A stretch of DNA of 64,000 nt from Lytechinus pictus (taxonomy: Eukaryota). Below are positions 59,901-64,000 of this stretch, in pieces (within the stretch, counting starts at the first letter, position 1; each line of letters opens with the position of its first letter). The stretch lies in NCBI RefSeq assembly GCF_037042905.1, contig NC_087251.1:22446001-22510000 (forward strand), given 5' to 3'. Under the pieces are notes generated by a model. It did no database searches. It was not told where the DNA came from and saw only the letters and a program-made list of their open reading frames with translations. The position numbers and the translations under genes are program-made.

Positions 59901-61413
59901 GAGAAAAATAAAAAATTGTTATGCATTTTACATGCAATAACGTTCTGGTAACGAAAGCCTAACCCCATTGGGAGCCTATCGAAGGTACTCCACATCCCTT
60001 TCTCAATATCGAGAGTTATATAATTTTTATTCGAAATTATCGCTATAATTTCCACCGATCTTTTGAAAAAGACAGAGGATACATTGTTCTAAAGGTTGCA
60101 TTAAAAGACGTCCTGGTACATTGAAGCCTATACCCTTTACTATTTTACGTTGCTTGTCAAAGTAGCCCCATCACTTTCCTTAGATTATATTATTCTATTT
60201 AAAATATCCTTTTGATAACGCCCCTTCTGTAAAAGGGGCGCTTTTGCTGAGAATTAAATCAGCTTCTATTTTCATTAACGTTCTAAGATAAAGGAGTCAT
60301 AAGGATTAAGTGAAGAAAAATCCTGACAAATTAAATCCTCTCCCCATCGAAACCTATAAGAAGATGCACGACTAATTATCTTATTAATTACATTTCTGCA
60401 AATTCTGCTACACTGTAAAACCACTTCAATACTTAATGTTCTCTTGGATAAGAAATAGAAGACCCTACTCTACTGGTTAGTAACCAGTAGAGCATGTAAC
60501 CAGTGGTTACATTAGCATTTGGAACATCAAAGCCTTTACCAATGGGAGCCCCCATGGCATTTCTAGTACACGAGCACGCATCAAAATATATTATTGTTCG
60601 TAACATGTATTATTTCATTTAGATGGGTATTAATACATTTTCCACTATCTTCTTGTAATGTAATACAAAATATGAAGATTTTCCATTGGAAAAGGTGCCT
60701 TTACTATACATTAGCTAGCCATGGTAAATATCAAAAAGTAAGAGGAATGATTTTTGCCCCAAAGGGGGTTTAAAAAGTGTAGTATAGAAAGGAGTGGGGA
60801 ACCATGAAGGTACGCTCTGTACCATGAATTTTCTACATGCAACTTGTGAAATGATGCTTCCTATATTTACCTAAAATAATATGTAGAATTATGGGGAGGG
60901 GGTACTTCGACAGGCACACAATGTTGGATATGCTTCAATGTGCCGGATTTTCTCTACCTGTAACTTGGCAGACAGGCAGTGTCCCCTCTATGTAAAAAAA
61001 AAAAAAAAAAAAAAAAAAAATGGAATTGGCTTTTCCATGTAGAAAAAAATGACGTTTTGTCCCAATTGAGAGTTCCAAAAAGACGCTAGTTCAAACATAG
61101 ATTCAATGCAGAATGAGATGTGATACTTTCGACAGGCAGGCTCCTTTCTGGAATAGGATCTAATGAACTTAATAACATGAAATCGACAGAGCAACGTCTC
61201 CTCTATCTATTAAACAGAGGTTCCATAAAACTAAACCTTGCTTTACTAGGTGTTAAAGACGCCTTTTTTGCCAAAGTGGGGGCTACAAACACATGAAATA
61301 TTTCAATATTGTCAAAATATGGAAAGGGATGGGGAAATAACCCCTTAGAAGTAGGCTTTAATTTGCCTGAATTTGTTATTTATATAGCCTGTGCACTAGA
61401 ACAATGCCTCCTC

Positions 61414-62335
61414 CTGGGCACTGTGAACGATTTTTACAGGGGGTGCTGATGTAAATTTGAAAAGCAAAAAAGGTTCAATATAAAATGAAGGTCATTTTGG
61501 TCCCAAGAAATTTAACAAGCAAAGAAACAAAAAGGATTGCGCTACAAAATGAAGGTTATTTTGGTAACTTTTTGTTTTCTTTTTGTCACATCTGCCGGAA
61601 TTCCAGGGGGTGCTGTCCATGAAGAATAATACACGCAGCACCCCCCCCCCCCCGAAAATCTGGTTACACTTCGTAATTCCGAAGGTTCGTAATTCCGAAG
61701 GTTCTTTATTCCGACGGTTCTTAATTCCGAAACACGTAAATTGCCTATACCTCGATGTTCGTTAATCCGAAAACGTAAAAGGGTTCGTTAATCCGAACAT
61801 TTGTGGCGTTATTCCGAAGGTTCGTTATTCCGAAGGTTTGATAATCCGAAAACGAAATAAGGTTCGATGTTCCGAAGGTTCGTCAATCCGAAAACGAAAC
61901 AAGGTTCGTTGTTCCGAAGGTTCGTTAATCCGAAAACGAAATAAGGTTCGTTGTTCCGAAGGTTCGTTAATCCGAAAACGAAATAAGGTTCGTTGTTCCG
62001 AAGGTTCGTTAGTCCGAAAACGAAATAAGGTTCGTTAATCATTAGTTTTCGGACTAACGTACCTTCGGAATTACGAACCTCATTTCGTTTTCGGATTAAC
62101 GAACCTTCGGAATTACGAACCTCACTTCGTTTTCGGACTAACGAACCTTCGGAATTACGAACCTCATTTCGTTTTCGGACTAACGAACCTTCGGAATTAC
62201 GAAACTTCGGAAATACGAACATTCGGAATAACGAACCTTCGGAATATCCGAACCTTCGGAATAACGAAGCTTCGGAATTACGGTTTTATGCGGAAAAGCT
62301 TGCGGGTGCTTCAGCCCACGCTTCCCAGTGCCAGT
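61414..62335. mobile_element. Degenerate hAT-type MITE hosting a nested insertion
   Basis: 8-bp TSD GCCTCCTC (61406-61413, 62336-62343); ACACGCAGCACCCCC and GGGGGTGCTG motifs shared with fragments at ~3995-4093 and ~34650-34933. Confidence 0.72.
61662..62282. mobile_element. Foldback/MULE-like element built of TTCCGAAGGTTCG repeats (42-bp higher-order unit), arms inverted
   Basis: Left arm GGTTACACTTCGTAATTCCGAAGG...; polarity switches at ~62040; right arm CGAACCTTCGGAATTA repeats; right terminal bases missing. Confidence 0.85.
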
Positions 62336-63049
62336 GCCTCCTCTATAATGTAGATGCTGCTGTTAATAAGTGCCCTTTTCGAGATGAAGGCTTCATTTAG
62401 ACGATATATTCAATATATATTGTCAAAACAAAATAAAGGGTGGGGCAACTTCGACAGGCCCCGTCATGTATAAACAGGGACTTATTTCCATGCGATATGA
62501 AACAATGCCTTCTCTGTTTTTTTTTTCCAAGAGGAGAATGTAAAGCGGCTTTACTTTGTAGTAGAAATGCATCTTTCTTCCGATGGGGCACTAAAAATAT
62601 TTTATTTCAACATAGAGTGGAATCAATAAAAGAGGTTTGGGTAGTTTAGAGCTTACGTGTGGCTGTTCTTCAATGTACCACAGCTCCTCTACATGTTACT
62701 TGTAGAGTATTTTCTCCTCAATCTATTCCAAGATATCAATACAAACAAAAGTAATCTTTTTGGAGTTCTAAAGACAAATTATTTTTAAATACATAAAACC
62801 AAAAGGGGAAAGGGTATACCCTAGGCATGCTCCTGTTGGGTTATAGCATCTACTGTGCTAGAGCATTATTACAAACTGCAGAACAATATCCCCTCTAAAT
62901 AAAAGAGGTTTCCTAAATAATAAAGTTGCTTTACCAAAAACGCCATTTGCCTTGCCTTTGGCTTTAAAACCCGATATTTTTATATAGTGTCGAAATACGG
63001 AGAGGGGTGGGAGTAAATTCGGTGGACTGCCGTGGGCGTATAGGCTTAA

Positions 63050-63643
63050 AGGTCAAGTCCACCCCAGGAAACTGTTGATTTGAATAAATAGAGAAAAATC
63101 AAACTATAGCAAAACGCTGAAAATTTCATCAAAATCGGATGTAAAATATTATTTTGACACTTTAAAGTTTTGCTTATTTTTCACAAAAAAAGTGATATGC
63201 ACAACTCAAATGAGGAGGTCGATGATGTCCCTCACTCACTATTTCTTTTGCTTTTTATTGTTTGAATTATACAATATTTCATTTTTATAGATTTGACAAT
63301 AAGGACCAACTTGACTGAATCATATAGTATTAAACAATGCTCATTCCACATGTTCAGGGAGGAATTAATCGTTGTTTCACTTGACAATGAGGAGAAAAAT
63401 AGAATATTCCCTATTTCATATAATAAAATACAAAAGAAATAGTGAGTGGATGATGTCATCAGTCTCCTCATTTGCATACCCACAAGGATGTGCATATTAC
63501 TGTTTTTTGTGAAATTAAGCAAAACTTTAAAATGTCATAACTTTCTTATTTTACATCCGATTTTGATGAAATTTTCAGTGTTTTGCTTGTTGGATTTTTC
63601 TCTTTTTATTCAAATTAACTTTTTGTTGGGGTGGACTTGTCCT
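63050..63643. mobile_element. Well-preserved TTAA-flanked non-autonomous DNA transposon (Kolobok-type)
   Basis: TTAA|AGGTCAAGTCCACCCCA...TGGGGTGGACTTGTCCT|TTAA (16/17 TIR match) plus subterminal inverted blocks TTTCATCAAAATCGGATGTAAAAT. Confidence 0.93.
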
Positions 63644-64000
63644 TTAAGTAAACCAAAAACTTTCTTCAGGAAACATGTTGACTGATGTCTCATACATCTG
63701 TCTTTTCCAAGTCGATAATACATCTCAAACTGACTTTGTAAAGTAGCGGGAATGCAGATTTGCCACTTCGGGGTCTCCAAAAGATAGATTTTTTAATAAA
63801 GTTAAAATATGGATTGATGTGGGGTACATTCGTCATGACTCATGTGTTTATATTTTTGATGTGCCAGAGCTTCATTAAAGTAACCTACAAAGCAAGGTCT
63901 CCTCTAAATTTTCCAAGAGAAACAAACTAAAAACAAATAAAACAAATGGTGTTTTACCGATACCGAAATGCATTTTGCCCGTATATACCATATATTACGT

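Noticed and set aside
61662..62282. CRISPR-like regular repeats and the repeat ORFs 61809-62222 and 61838-62038
   Set aside because: Units are contiguous with no unique spacers, the arms are inverted, there are no cas genes and the context is eukaryotic; this is a foldback transposon.
42884..64000. Candidate exon-2 acceptors for the LRR gene (e.g. near 44890, 48110, 50619, 50757, 51564, 54988, 63669)
   Set aside because: In the required phase each hits a stop quickly or lacks an LxxLxLxxN pattern; the manual scan was not exhaustive.

Overview
AT-rich, repeat-dense eukaryotic DNA with spliceosomal GT-AG introns. The repeat families (tRNA-derived SINEs; TTAA-, TAA/CWG- and 8-bp-TSD MITEs) suggest an invertebrate deuterostome, most likely a sea urchin (inference). 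Three genes are supported. (1) A complete 6-exon calmodulin gene on + (18647-24220, 149 aa). (2) The first two coding exons of a divergent calmodulin-like paralog on - (ATG at 5759-5757; 31-nt exon 3415-3385, MASELTEEQIE), missed by the ORF track. It lies in a recent ~6.7-kb tandem duplication whose junction (3339/3340) cuts it 45 bp into intron 2. (3) The first coding exon (signal peptide + LRRNT) of a leucine-rich-repeat protein on + (42564-42883), followed by an intron that runs past the window end. The rest is non-autonomous transposons, often nested, including a self-inserted Harbinger-type stack just upstream of calmodulin, plus SINE/LINE relics and simple repeats. No prokaryotic-type system (CRISPR, operon) is present.
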